Positions 24,420-32,661 are shown, counted from the first letter of the stretch. The stretch: 34,172 bases of DNA from an uncultured Methanosarcinales archaeon (GCA_964540015.1 CAZIKW010000002.1:1-34172); one strand, 5' to 3'. Program-made: numbers and translations. The notes: generated from the letters alone by a model not told the origin.

Positions 24420-25112
24420 ATGCGTACGTTTGCTATCCTGCTTCTGCTGCTCCTCTTACCGCTCGGTGCGTTCGGGGCGACCCTGTCCGGGACCGCATAC
24501 ACGCAGAATTTCGCGGTCGCGCAGTACACGATATTGACCATCAATACGACGCCCGAGCAGCGCGTGATCTTGGAGGATGGGACGTACAACCTCACCGTCC
24601 CGCCCGGCACGTACGTCTTGCGCGCGTCGCTGCGCCAGAGCGGGCACGTGTACGAGGATGAGGTCGTGGTGCGCGCGGTGGACGAGCGCGAGTACGCCTA
24701 TGACCTTATCCTGTTTCGCACGGATGCGGTGATCGAGGATGAGGAGGATCCGACGGCAGGCTTGGAGTTCCCGGAAGACGAGATCGCGGATAGCTCACGC
24801 GTGCGCGAATACCTCCTGGGCGGCAGCCTGCTCTTACTCCTACTTGCCGGCATCGGCTATTTCGGTCCGCGCACGTGGTGGAAGCGAGAAGCAAAGGCGG
24901 TCAAGAGCTCCGTACCTGCAGGCCTCCCATCTGATCTCTCGGAAGCGCTCGCAGCTTTGAAAGCCGAAGGCGGCCGTGCGACGCAGAAGGACCTCAGGAA
25001 GCGCTTGCCCTACAGCGAGGCGAAAGTGAGCATGATGCTCGCCGACCTCGAAGCACGAGGGCTCGTGAAACGCATCAAGCAAGGCCGAGCGAACCTCATC
25101 GTGCTGAAGTAG
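24420..25112 (+). CDS. Membrane-anchored winged-helix protein: signal peptide, CarboxypepD_reg-like extracellular domain, TM helix, cytoplasmic wHTH (COG2512-like)
   Basis: 'MRTFAILLLLLLLPLGAFG' signal peptide, 'DGTYNLTVPPGTYVLRA' beta-sandwich motif, TM helix 'LLGGSLLLLLLAGIGYF', and C-terminal 'ATQKDLRKRLPYSEAKVSMMLADLEARGLVKR' wHTH. Confidence 0.7.
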   Translation: MRTFAILLLLLLLPLGAFGATLSGTAYTQNFAVAQYTILTINTTPEQRVILEDGTYNLTVPPGTYVLRASLRQSGHVYEDEVVVRAVDEREYAYDLILFRTDAVIEDEEDPTAGLEFPEDEIADSSRVREYLLGGSLLLLLLAGIGYFGPRTWWKREAKAVKSSVPAGLPSDLSEALAALKAEGGRATQKDLRKRLPYSEAKVSMMLADLEARGLVKRIKQGRANLIVLK

Positions 25113-25160
25113 GGCGGAAAGCCGTTTTTTGGCAGTTATGACCTATAGGCGGCAGAACAA

Positions 25161-25168
25161 TTAAATAG
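25161..25168 (+). promoter_or_regulatory. TATA-like box of the NAD operon (a second copy 'TAAATAG' lies at 25190-25196)
   Basis: 'TTAAATAG' and a repeated 'TAAATAG' flank the 21-bp palindrome. The first candidate starts are GTG 25228 and ATG 25246. Confidence 0.45.
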
Positions 25169-25171
25169 TAG

Positions 25172-25192
25172 TTAGTGTATACTACACACTAA
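25172..25192. promoter_or_regulatory. 21-bp palindrome TTAGTGT-N7-ACACTAA, candidate NrtR operator
   Basis: Perfect 7-bp inverted arms (25172-25178 and 25186-25192) sit between the two TATA-like boxes of the NAD operon promoter, and an NrtR-like regulator is encoded at 32715. Confidence 0.45.
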
Positions 25193-25245
25193 ATAGAACC
25201 AAACCACACGAAATTACCGAACAGTAAGTGTACAAACAACACAAA

Positions 25246-25566
25246 ATGAGGCGAACACCAATGGCCATCACCCCCACCCAAGCAAAACGCCAAGCCACCC
25301 CCGACGAACAGACCCTCAAGAATCTCGAAAAGCGCATCGACGAAACACTCGTGCGCGCCCTGCGCTCGGGCACGACACCCACCTATGACACGGAAGGCAT
25401 GGACGTCGCCACCCGCACCGCACTCGCCCGCCGCTATCAAACGGCAGGATGGGACGTACGCCACATCAATGATCAACACGACGGCAACTACCTGACGTTC
25501 AAGGAACAGCAAGAGTACTACGACCCGCGAGACAACTTCGGCGGTTACAACTTCATGGACCGGTGA
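25246..25566 (+). CDS. Small hypothetical protein, first gene of the NAD operon
   Basis: About 106 aa (alternative starts GTG 25228 and ATG 25261). Its stop overlaps the GTG 25563 / ATG 25572 start region of pncB. No motif recognised. Confidence 0.45.
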   Translation: MRRTPMAITPTQAKRQATPDEQTLKNLEKRIDETLVRALRSGTTPTYDTEGMDVATRTALARRYQTAGWDVRHINDQHDGNYLTFKEQQEYYDPRDNFGGYNFMDR

Positions 25567-25571
25567 ACCAC

Positions 25572-27011
25572 ATGACCCCCTCCCCACTCCTCACCGACCT
25601 GTACCAGCTCACGATGATGGCTGCGTACATCGACAGCGGCAAGGAAAAAGACCGCTCCACGTTCGACCTCTTCGTTCGACGACTGCCCAAGGACTGGGGC
25701 TACCTCGTCGCGGCGGGAGTCGATGAAGCGGTTGATATCGCAACGAATCTCAAATTCAGCGAAGACGACATCTCCTACCTCCGCTCCACAGAGATCTTCA
25801 AAGAACATCATCTCGAGTACTTCCGCAATTTCAAATTCAGCGGTGAGATCTCGGCAATAGCGGAAGGAACCGCTCTCACCGCCGGTACACCACTGGTGCG
25901 CGTCACGGCGGATCGCGCCCAAGCGCAACTTCTCGAAAGCATCCTTCTCAACACCATAGGATACCAAACCATGGTCGCGTCGAAAGCCAGCCGCGTCGTA
26001 GAAGCGGCGCAAGGGCGCGATGTCATCGATTTCGGCATGCGCCGAGCGCACGGCCACGAAGCGGCGATGTACGCTTCTCGCGCCGCACAAATCGCCGGAT
26101 GCACCGCCACAAGCAATGTGTACGTCGGCAAAATGTACGGCACCCCCATCGGCGGCACGATGGCGCACAGTTTCGTCATGGCATTCCCAGACGAGCTCAC
26201 CGCATTCCGTGCCTTCGTAAAGACGTACACGGACAAACCAACGCTCCTTGTGGACACGTACAACACCAAACGCGGTGTCGCGAACGCCATCATTGTCGCC
26301 AAAGAACTCGCTCAACAAGGAGGCCGCTTAGGCGCTATCCGACTCGACAGCGGCGACCTCGAAGCGCTGGCCAAAGAAGCGCGAGCGGATCTTGACAAGG
26401 CAGGATTATACGACGTCAAGATTGTCGCGAGCGGGGACCTGAACGAATACAAGGTCAAGCGCCTCATCGAAAGCGGCGCACCCATCGACGCATTCGGCGT
26501 CGGCACGGAAATGCTCACCGGCAAACCTGACGCGGCGCTGAGCATCGTCTACAAGCTCGCGGAAGATCCGGCGGGCGGTAAACTGAAACTCGCCGAAGGC
26601 AAGCGCACGTGGCCGGGAAAGAAGCAGGTATGGCGCATCGCGAGCGAACCGGACATCGCTCAACCAACGCGTTCGCTCTACGATCTTCTCGCACTCGAAA
26701 GCGAGGGAATGCCGACAGCGGAGCCGTGCACGTTCGCCACACCGCTCCTGACACAAGTGGTACGCGGCGGTTGGCGCATCACGCCCGCAAGCACGCTTTC
26801 AGAAGCGCGCAAGCGCTGTGCGTCACAGCGCGAACTCTTGCCCGCGAGCTCCTATCGCGAGATGGTAGCGACGCCGTACGAACTGCGCCAATCGCAAGGA
26901 CTCGTCGATCTCACCACCGCGCTCGCAGCCGAACACGAAAACGGCCACGAGCTCACGGCGCAAGAACGCTTCGAGCGGACCATCAAAGCATGGAAGGAGG
27001 GAACCGTATGA
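25572..27011 (+). CDS. pncB: Nicotinate phosphoribosyltransferase
   Basis: N-terminal 'LLTDLYQLTMMAAY' NAPRTase signature and 'GTMAHSFVM'. About 480 aa. GTG 25563 is an in-frame alternative start. Confidence 0.9.
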   Translation: MTPSPLLTDLYQLTMMAAYIDSGKEKDRSTFDLFVRRLPKDWGYLVAAGVDEAVDIATNLKFSEDDISYLRSTEIFKEHHLEYFRNFKFSGEISAIAEGTALTAGTPLVRVTADRAQAQLLESILLNTIGYQTMVASKASRVVEAAQGRDVIDFGMRRAHGHEAAMYASRAAQIAGCTATSNVYVGKMYGTPIGGTMAHSFVMAFPDELTAFRAFVKTYTDKPTLLVDTYNTKRGVANAIIVAKELAQQGGRLGAIRLDSGDLEALAKEARADLDKAGLYDVKIVASGDLNEYKVKRLIESGAPIDAFGVGTEMLTGKPDAALSIVYKLAEDPAGGKLKLAEGKRTWPGKKQVWRIASEPDIAQPTRSLYDLLALESEGMPTAEPCTFATPLLTQVVRGGWRITPASTLSEARKRCASQRELLPASSYREMVATPYELRQSQGLVDLTTALAAEHENGHELTAQERFERTIKAWKEGTV

Positions 27012-27277
27012 CGGAAAATAAAAGCACCATCTATCAAGTCTTCACGGAGGGCGGCACCGAAATATACATCCCACCGAAGTTCCTCGGATACGCAACCGGA
27101 AACCCTGTAGATATCAAACAGTACTACGACAGTGAAAAATTCTACAGTATCGATGTGCAACCCTTAATCGTACCACACATCACACACGAGATAGCGTTGC
27201 AACGCCAGAGCGCCGCTTTGGAATTGCGGACGCTTGAGACGCGCATCCAGGAACTAAAAAAAGAGGTACGACGATGA
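27008..27277 (+). CDS. Small hypothetical protein (89 aa), ATGA-coupled between pncB and pncA
   Basis: ATG 27008 overlaps the pncB stop, and its own stop overlaps ATG 27274. It is the C-terminal part of track ORF 26609..27277. Sequence MTENKSTIYQVF...; the C-terminal segment looks coiled-coil-like. Confidence 0.5.
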   Translation: MTENKSTIYQVFTEGGTEIYIPPKFLGYATGNPVDIKQYYDSEKFYSIDVQPLIVPHITHEIALQRQSAALELRTLETRIQELKKEVRR

Positions 27278-27921
27278 CCAACATCATATTTTGGAACGTC
27301 GATACGCAATACGATTTCATGCGTGACGACGAACGCTACAAAGGAAAGCTCGCAGTCCCGGGCGCGAAAGACATCGAACCGAATCTCGAACGCCTCACCG
27401 CCGCAGCGCGCCAGCACGGCATCAAGGTCATCAACACCGCCGACTGGCACACATTCGCGAGTAAAGAGTTCAGCCAAACACCGGATTACGCCAAGACCTT
27501 CCCACCGCACTGCATCATGCACACACCGGGCGCGAAGTACGTGCCAGCGACGGAACCCCTCAACCCCTACGTCGTCGACTGGCGCGCAAAAGAGATCGAT
27601 GAACGCGAAATCCATGGACGACGAAACATCGTCATCTACAAGGACGCGTTTGACGCGTTTGAAGGAAACCCACACACGAGCGACATCGTACAAAAACTCA
27701 AACCCGACCACGCGGTCGTCTACGGCGTCGCGACCAACTACTGCGTGCAGTACGCGGTGCAAGGATTACTCAAGCGGGGCATCGCGGTCACGGTAGCATC
27801 CGACGCGATCAAAGAGATCCCTAACTGCGACATCTCCTCCTTCATCGATACCGAATGGCGCACGAAAGGCGTGCACCTCGACACAACAGCGGGCATCGAA
27901 CGCATGCTCGCGCACAGGTGA
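27274..27921 (+). CDS. pncA: Nicotinamidase (isochorismatase family)
   Basis: 'FWNVDTQYDF' (catalytic Asp), 'IYKDAFDAF' (Lys) and 'GVATNYCV' (Cys), which together make the triad pattern of nicotinamidase/pyrazinamidase. Confidence 0.85.
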   Translation: MTNIIFWNVDTQYDFMRDDERYKGKLAVPGAKDIEPNLERLTAAARQHGIKVINTADWHTFASKEFSQTPDYAKTFPPHCIMHTPGAKYVPATEPLNPYVVDWRAKEIDEREIHGRRNIVIYKDAFDAFEGNPHTSDIVQKLKPDHAVVYGVATNYCVQYAVQGLLKRGIAVTVASDAIKEIPNCDISSFIDTEWRTKGVHLDTTAGIERMLAHR

Positions 27922-27926
27922 TACCT

Positions 27927-28820
27927 ATGAACCGCATACGACTACCCTACATGGATCCAAGCAGAGTTAGCAGAGAAATCGGCGATTTCGTCGTCGACGC
28001 AGTGACGAAACGCGGTTCGACTGGCTGCGCGATCGGCCTCTCCGGCGGTGTCGACAGCACGACCGTTGCCGCGATCATCAAGAAAGCGTTCGATGAGAAG
28101 AAGAAAGAAGGCGTAGAGCTCGAACTCGTCGGCTACATCTTGCCGAGCTCAACGAATGACCCGGCCGACACGAAAGACGGCACCGCGGTCGCAGAGCGCT
28201 TAGGCATCCGCTACGAGACGCACGCGCTCGAACCGATCCTCGGCGCCTACGCGTCGACGAACAAAGAAGCGATGGAGAACAAGTACGACCGCGGTAACCT
28301 CACCTCACGCGTACGCGCGACCGTGCTCAACACGAAAGCGGCGACAGAACACAAAGTGCTCGCAGGCACAGGCAACCGCGACGAGGATTACGGCATCGGG
28401 TACTATACCCTCTTCGGAGACGGCGCGGTGCACATCAGCCCGATCGGCGGGTTAAGCAAACGGCTCGTGCGAGAGATGGCATCGCATCTCGGCTTTAGCG
28501 ACCTCGCATACCGAGAACCCACGGCGGGGCTCGAACCCGGCCAAACGGATTTCAAAGACCTCGGCTATAAGTACGACATCGTCGAGCTCGTGAGCGAAGG
28601 ATTGGATCAAGGGTTCACACCAACGCAACTCGCCAGCCACGAGCAGGTCGCGCCCTTCATCGTGCAGCAGCAGATCGAATACGCGAGACGATACGGCACA
28701 TCGAAATTCATGCGACCGCTCGACGCGATCGAGGATATCGTGCGGCGCAAGGAAACCGCGAAATATAAAGCTGAACTCATTAGCCCACCGACTCCGCAGA
28801 TCACCCTGGAGTACCGATGA
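27927..28820 (+). CDS. nadE: NH3-dependent NAD+ synthetase
   Basis: 'GLSGGVDSTTVAAI' PP-loop. About 298 aa from ATG 27927. The track's upstream extension from 27855 overlaps pncA. Confidence 0.9.
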   Translation: MNRIRLPYMDPSRVSREIGDFVVDAVTKRGSTGCAIGLSGGVDSTTVAAIIKKAFDEKKKEGVELELVGYILPSSTNDPADTKDGTAVAERLGIRYETHALEPILGAYASTNKEAMENKYDRGNLTSRVRATVLNTKAATEHKVLAGTGNRDEDYGIGYYTLFGDGAVHISPIGGLSKRLVREMASHLGFSDLAYREPTAGLEPGQTDFKDLGYKYDIVELVSEGLDQGFTPTQLASHEQVAPFIVQQQIEYARRYGTSKFMRPLDAIEDIVRRKETAKYKAELISPPTPQITLEYR

Positions 28821-29314
28821 ACCGCACACGCATGACGATGAAGGAATGGGGAGCGCACCGGCGCGCGACGTATGAAGGGCCGCTCGCGGCAACAGACCTC
28901 ATTATCGAGTACCTGCATCCGACGCAAGGAGACGGCATCATCCTTATCGACCGAGGATACGAGCCGCTGGGTCTCGCGTTGCCGGGAGGATTCGCTGAGC
29001 GGATGGCATTGCCGAAAAATGCGGTGAAGGAAGCGAAGGAAGAGACCTCACTTGACGTCTTCCTCTACGAACCGCATCGGCCGTTGTGCGTATTTAGCGA
29101 CCTTGAGCGCGATCCGCGCGAACATGTCATGACACTCGTCTACACAGCGCGCGGCACAGGCGTGCTCAAAGCAGGCGATGACGCGAAACGCGTGTACCAT
29201 TATCCATTGGAGACACTCGCGCAGATACCTGTCGAGCGGTTCGCGTTTCCCGACCACAAAGAAGCAATCGACCTGTACCTCGCATGGCACAAGCGACGAA
29301 CGGGAGGCGACTAG
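28817..29314 (+). CDS. Nudix hydrolase (probable ADP-ribose pyrophosphatase-like) with non-canonical Nudix box
   Basis: 'LPGGFAERMALPKNAVKEAKEETSL' resembles GX5EX7REUXEEXGU, but it has K in place of R and lacks the first Glu at the canonical spacing. ATGA overlap with the nadE stop. Confidence 0.7.
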   Translation: MNRTRMTMKEWGAHRRATYEGPLAATDLIIEYLHPTQGDGIILIDRGYEPLGLALPGGFAERMALPKNAVKEAKEETSLDVFLYEPHRPLCVFSDLERDPREHVMTLVYTARGTGVLKAGDDAKRVYHYPLETLAQIPVERFAFPDHKEAIDLYLAWHKRRTGGD

Positions 29315-29914
29315 ATGCGTTACGGCACGCTTGGCATCATCGGCAAGTTCCAACCGCCAACCATCGGCCATCAATCGCTCCTCGAAGCGGTAGCGAACGC
29401 ATCCAGTCGCATGCGCATCGGCATCGGCAGCGTGAACCGTTACGATGCGCACCGGCCATTCTACCCGGATGAAGTGGAGGATATGCTCACGCTCGCCCTC
29501 AAAGAGACAAGCACACCATACGACATCGTGCGCATCCCCGACTATGGACACAAGACCGGGAATTCCGACGCGTGGGTCGAGCATATGCGACGAGAGTTCC
29601 GCGGCGTCGACGCGCTCGTGAGCGGCAATCCGTATGTCGAGCAATTGCTCGCGCCGCATATGCGCATCGTATCACTGGACGAAATCATCCCATTCGAGCA
29701 TCGTGTAATAGCATCATCGACATCCGTGCGTCAAGCAATCGCGACGAGCGCCGATTGGAAACGATATCTGCAATCAGGTGTTGCCCGATATATCGACGAG
29801 CATACCATCGACGAACGCATCCGCCGAGAGTTCGGCGAAGAATTGCGCTCAACAAACCCCCCACCTATCACGGTCGAGGAAGAAAGGAGACGAATACTCG
29901 GAGCGGCCTCATGA
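29315..29914 (+). CDS. nadM: Nicotinamide-nucleotide adenylyltransferase, archaeal NadM type
   Basis: 'GIIGKFQPPTIGH' matches the G-[RK]-F-Q-P-x-H/T-x-G-H cytidylyltransferase-type motif of archaeal NMNAT. It starts immediately after the Nudix stop. Confidence 0.8.
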   Translation: MRYGTLGIIGKFQPPTIGHQSLLEAVANASSRMRIGIGSVNRYDAHRPFYPDEVEDMLTLALKETSTPYDIVRIPDYGHKTGNSDAWVEHMRREFRGVDALVSGNPYVEQLLAPHMRIVSLDEIIPFEHRVIASSTSVRQAIATSADWKRYLQSGVARYIDEHTIDERIRREFGEELRSTNPPPITVEEERRRILGAAS

Positions 29915-30786
29915 AATACGACACCTTCAGCATTCTCGCCGGTAGCGAGGTATGCAACGCCCGATGCCCCTTTTGCATCTCAAAGATGACACCACCCAAC
30001 GGCGTCACGATGAAGGAGCCGCCCGTGAATTGGAGAAACTTCCGCATCGCGGCAAGCCTCGCGGAACGGCTTGATGTCACGACGGCCATGATCACCGGCA
30101 AGGGTGAGCCAACGCTCTTTCCGGAGCAAGTCACGCGCTATCTCGACGAGCTCAAGAACTATCGCATCCCGATCAAAGAATTGCAAACCAATGGCATCCT
30201 TATCGCGCAGCATCCGGAGAAATATGATGCGCATCTCGATCATTGGTACGAACGCGACCTCGCGACCATCGCCATCTCCGTCGTCCATCATGAAGCGGAA
30301 CGAAACCGAGAGATCTACCTGCCAAACCGCAAAGAGTACATCGATCTTCCCAAGTTGATCGGAAAACTCCACGACAAGAAGTTCAGCGTCCGTCTCGCGA
30401 CCGTCATGGTCAAAGGATATATCGATACGCCGCAAAGCGTCGACGAAATGATTGCGTTCGCGCAGAAGAATGGCGTGGAGCAATTGACGCTCAGACCCGT
30501 GAACGCGCCGGGCGAGAGCCGCGACAGTGGCGTGCTGCAGTGGACGAAGGATCACGTACTCGAGCCTGCGCAGCGCGAAAGCATCCACCAGCATCTCGAG
30601 AACCGTGGCACATTACTGCACAAGCTCCCCTATGGCGCTGCCATCTACGATGTCGACGGCCAGAACGTCTGCCTCACGAATTGCCTCACGCACGATCCGA
30701 CAGCCGAGGACGTCCGTCAATTGATCTTCTTCCCCGACGGCCATCTCCGCTACGATTGGCAATACTCAGGAGCGATACTCTTATGA
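29911..30786 (+). CDS. Radical SAM enzyme (291 aa) of unknown function inside the NAD operon
   Basis: 'SEVCNARCPFCIS' (CX3CX2C) at residues ~15-22, 'ITGKGEPTLF' (GGEP-like) and 'LQTNGILI'. ATGA overlaps at both ends (29911-29914 and 30783-30786). Confidence 0.8.
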   Translation: MKYDTFSILAGSEVCNARCPFCISKMTPPNGVTMKEPPVNWRNFRIAASLAERLDVTTAMITGKGEPTLFPEQVTRYLDELKNYRIPIKELQTNGILIAQHPEKYDAHLDHWYERDLATIAISVVHHEAERNREIYLPNRKEYIDLPKLIGKLHDKKFSVRLATVMVKGYIDTPQSVDEMIAFAQKNGVEQLTLRPVNAPGESRDSGVLQWTKDHVLEPAQRESIHQHLENRGTLLHKLPYGAAIYDVDGQNVCLTNCLTHDPTAEDVRQLIFFPDGHLRYDWQYSGAILL

Positions 30787-31838
30787 CGCGAAGCAATTTA
30801 GAATCCGAAAAGAGAGACAGTGCCATGACCAAACGATACGAAGCGATCCTTGTGGGGGGTCACCTTGGGGATTCGCTCGGCGGCCCAGTAGAGACCTGGT
30901 CCACAGCGGAAATCGAACGGCATTACGGACGCATCGATGACCTTATCGCAGCGACGCTCTACCGCTCTAACGATGGGACTATCATCCCAAGTCACCAAGC
31001 AGCAAATAATTGGCATGCGCAACAACGGCCTGGCGAGCCAAGCGACGACACCATCCTGACACTCGCGGTAGCGCGATCGCTCGTCGATTACGGATACGAT
31101 CTTAACGCTATGGCGCGCGAGCATATCGCAGTCATAGAGCGTCGTCGAAAGCCTGACGGGAGCATTGCTGGCGGTTTCGGTAAGACGACACTGTATGCGA
31201 TCGAACGCCTCGCCAAGGGAGTTTCTCCGCACGAAAGCGGGGTGATCGGCATCGGAAACGCACCACCGATGAAAATGGCCCCTATCGGATTATACGCACA
31301 TGCGACAAGGAGTTATGATGTCAGTCTCGCGTTCGCGCGCGCAGTAGGAACGATGACACACGACCACACACCTTCTATCGCAGCAGGCGTCACACAAGCG
31401 CACGCGATTCACGAGCTGCTCAATGGTAGCGAACGACACGAGTTCCTCGAGGGTATCATGCGCGTAACCCGAGCGGAAGAACAGCGACGAAAGGGAGAGG
31501 ACGCCGAATCCCTCTCTGAACGCCTCACATGGGTCGTCGAGCACCAGGATGCGGATATCGAGGATGCGCTTGGAACCTTGCACAACGACGGGCGAGCGCT
31601 CTGTTCATATCCGTTCACGATCTTCATGCTGCAAAAGCATTGGGATGAACCACTTACAGGCCTCATCGCGACCGTGAATGCGGGAGGAGACGCGGACACG
31701 AACGCATCCATGTACGGCGCTCTCGCAGCCGCGCGCCACGGACGATTCTGGCCTGATGCTTGGGAGAAACAACTCGAAGAAGGATCGCAATGCGTCATGC
31801 TCGCAAGGGAGCTGGCAAAGAGAGGGAGAGATCTATGA
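30783..31838 (+). CDS. ADP-ribosylglycohydrolase (ARH/DraG family)
   Basis: 'GGHLGDSLGGPVE' and 'GGDADTNASMYGALAAA' ARH signatures. ATG 30783 is ATGA-coupled, and ATG 30825 is an in-frame alternative. Confidence 0.85.
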   Translation: MTRSNLESEKRDSAMTKRYEAILVGGHLGDSLGGPVETWSTAEIERHYGRIDDLIAATLYRSNDGTIIPSHQAANNWHAQQRPGEPSDDTILTLAVARSLVDYGYDLNAMAREHIAVIERRRKPDGSIAGGFGKTTLYAIERLAKGVSPHESGVIGIGNAPPMKMAPIGLYAHATRSYDVSLAFARAVGTMTHDHTPSIAAGVTQAHAIHELLNGSERHEFLEGIMRVTRAEEQRRKGEDAESLSERLTWVVEHQDADIEDALGTLHNDGRALCSYPFTIFMLQKHWDEPLTGLIATVNAGGDADTNASMYGALAAARHGRFWPDAWEKQLEEGSQCVMLARELAKRGRDL

Positions 31839-32659
31839 ACGTCCTCGTCATCTACAAGAAAAGCCAATACTCGTTCTATCGCGTCTCTCCCGAAGAAAGC
31901 GTTCGGGCGTTCGCGCAGAGCGATGATCCCGACGCTCAACAGTGGCGCAAAGACCATGTCGTGCACGAAACGTCGCTCAAGCACGTCATCGCAACGCTGG
32001 AGGAGCTCTGCATTACCTTCGATATGATGCATCGTGCGCGGATGGTGGATACGTCGAAGTACGATCTCGTCATCGCCGTCGGCGGAGATGGGACCGTGCT
32101 CGATGCGGGCCATCGTGTGCTGGACACGCCGGTGCTCGGCGTGAACTCGAATCCCGGACCGAGCATCGGGCATTACTGCGCTTGCACGGCCGAGGATTTC
32201 CGTGAAACACTTGATAATCTCGATACACTCCCTCGTAATCGTTTTCCACGCATCGAAGCGGTCATCGACGGGAAAAAGATCCCTGAACTCGCGCTCAACG
32301 AAGCCATGTTCGCGCACCAGAACTTTGTATCGACGACATCCTACAGACTCAACGGTGAACGCCATCGGGACTCAGGGATCGTCGCATGCGCTGCGGGAGG
32401 GAGCACCGCATTCATGAAATTCCAAGGAGGAGAGATCATGCAATTGGATGATGACCGCATCCAGTACAAACTGCACGCCAAAGCCATGAAGACACACTAC
32501 ACCAAAGAGCTGCATATCCGATCACTCACCCGCGAAGGCGTTGTAGCCATCGACGGTGAGCATACCTGCTACCCACTCAGTCTCGGGCAGGAGCTCGTGC
32601 TGCGCCCTGGTCATCCGATTACCATCATCGGCAATGTGAGAGAGCGGTACGGGCAGTGA
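31835..32659 (+). CDS. nadK: NAD kinase
   Basis: 'LVIAVGGDGTVLDAG' GGDGT motif and 'NEAMF'. About 274 aa. ATGA overlap with the ARH stop. Confidence 0.85.
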   Translation: MNVLVIYKKSQYSFYRVSPEESVRAFAQSDDPDAQQWRKDHVVHETSLKHVIATLEELCITFDMMHRARMVDTSKYDLVIAVGGDGTVLDAGHRVLDTPVLGVNSNPGPSIGHYCACTAEDFRETLDNLDTLPRNRFPRIEAVIDGKKIPELALNEAMFAHQNFVSTTSYRLNGERHRDSGIVACAAGGSTAFMKFQGGEIMQLDDDRIQYKLHAKAMKTHYTKELHIRSLTREGVVAIDGEHTCYPLSLGQELVLRPGHPITIIGNVRERYGQ

Positions 32660-32661
32660 GG

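Noticed and set aside
26609-27007. N-terminal extensions in the ORF track (26609..27277; likewise 29572..29910, 30540..30782, 31760..31834, 27855..27926)
   Set aside because: These extensions overlap the preceding, well-supported genes in another frame and are Arg/Ser/Ala-rich. The internal ATGs that form ATGA junctions give products starting right at the conserved domains.
29911-30786. The idea that the NAD-operon radical SAM is a prokaryotic viperin
   Set aside because: Only generic rSAM landmarks match (CX3CX2C, GGEP-like, NG, I-S-x-D). The viperin-type N-x-H segment before the cluster motif and the conserved C-terminal tail are not evident by eye. This needs an HMM test before any such call.
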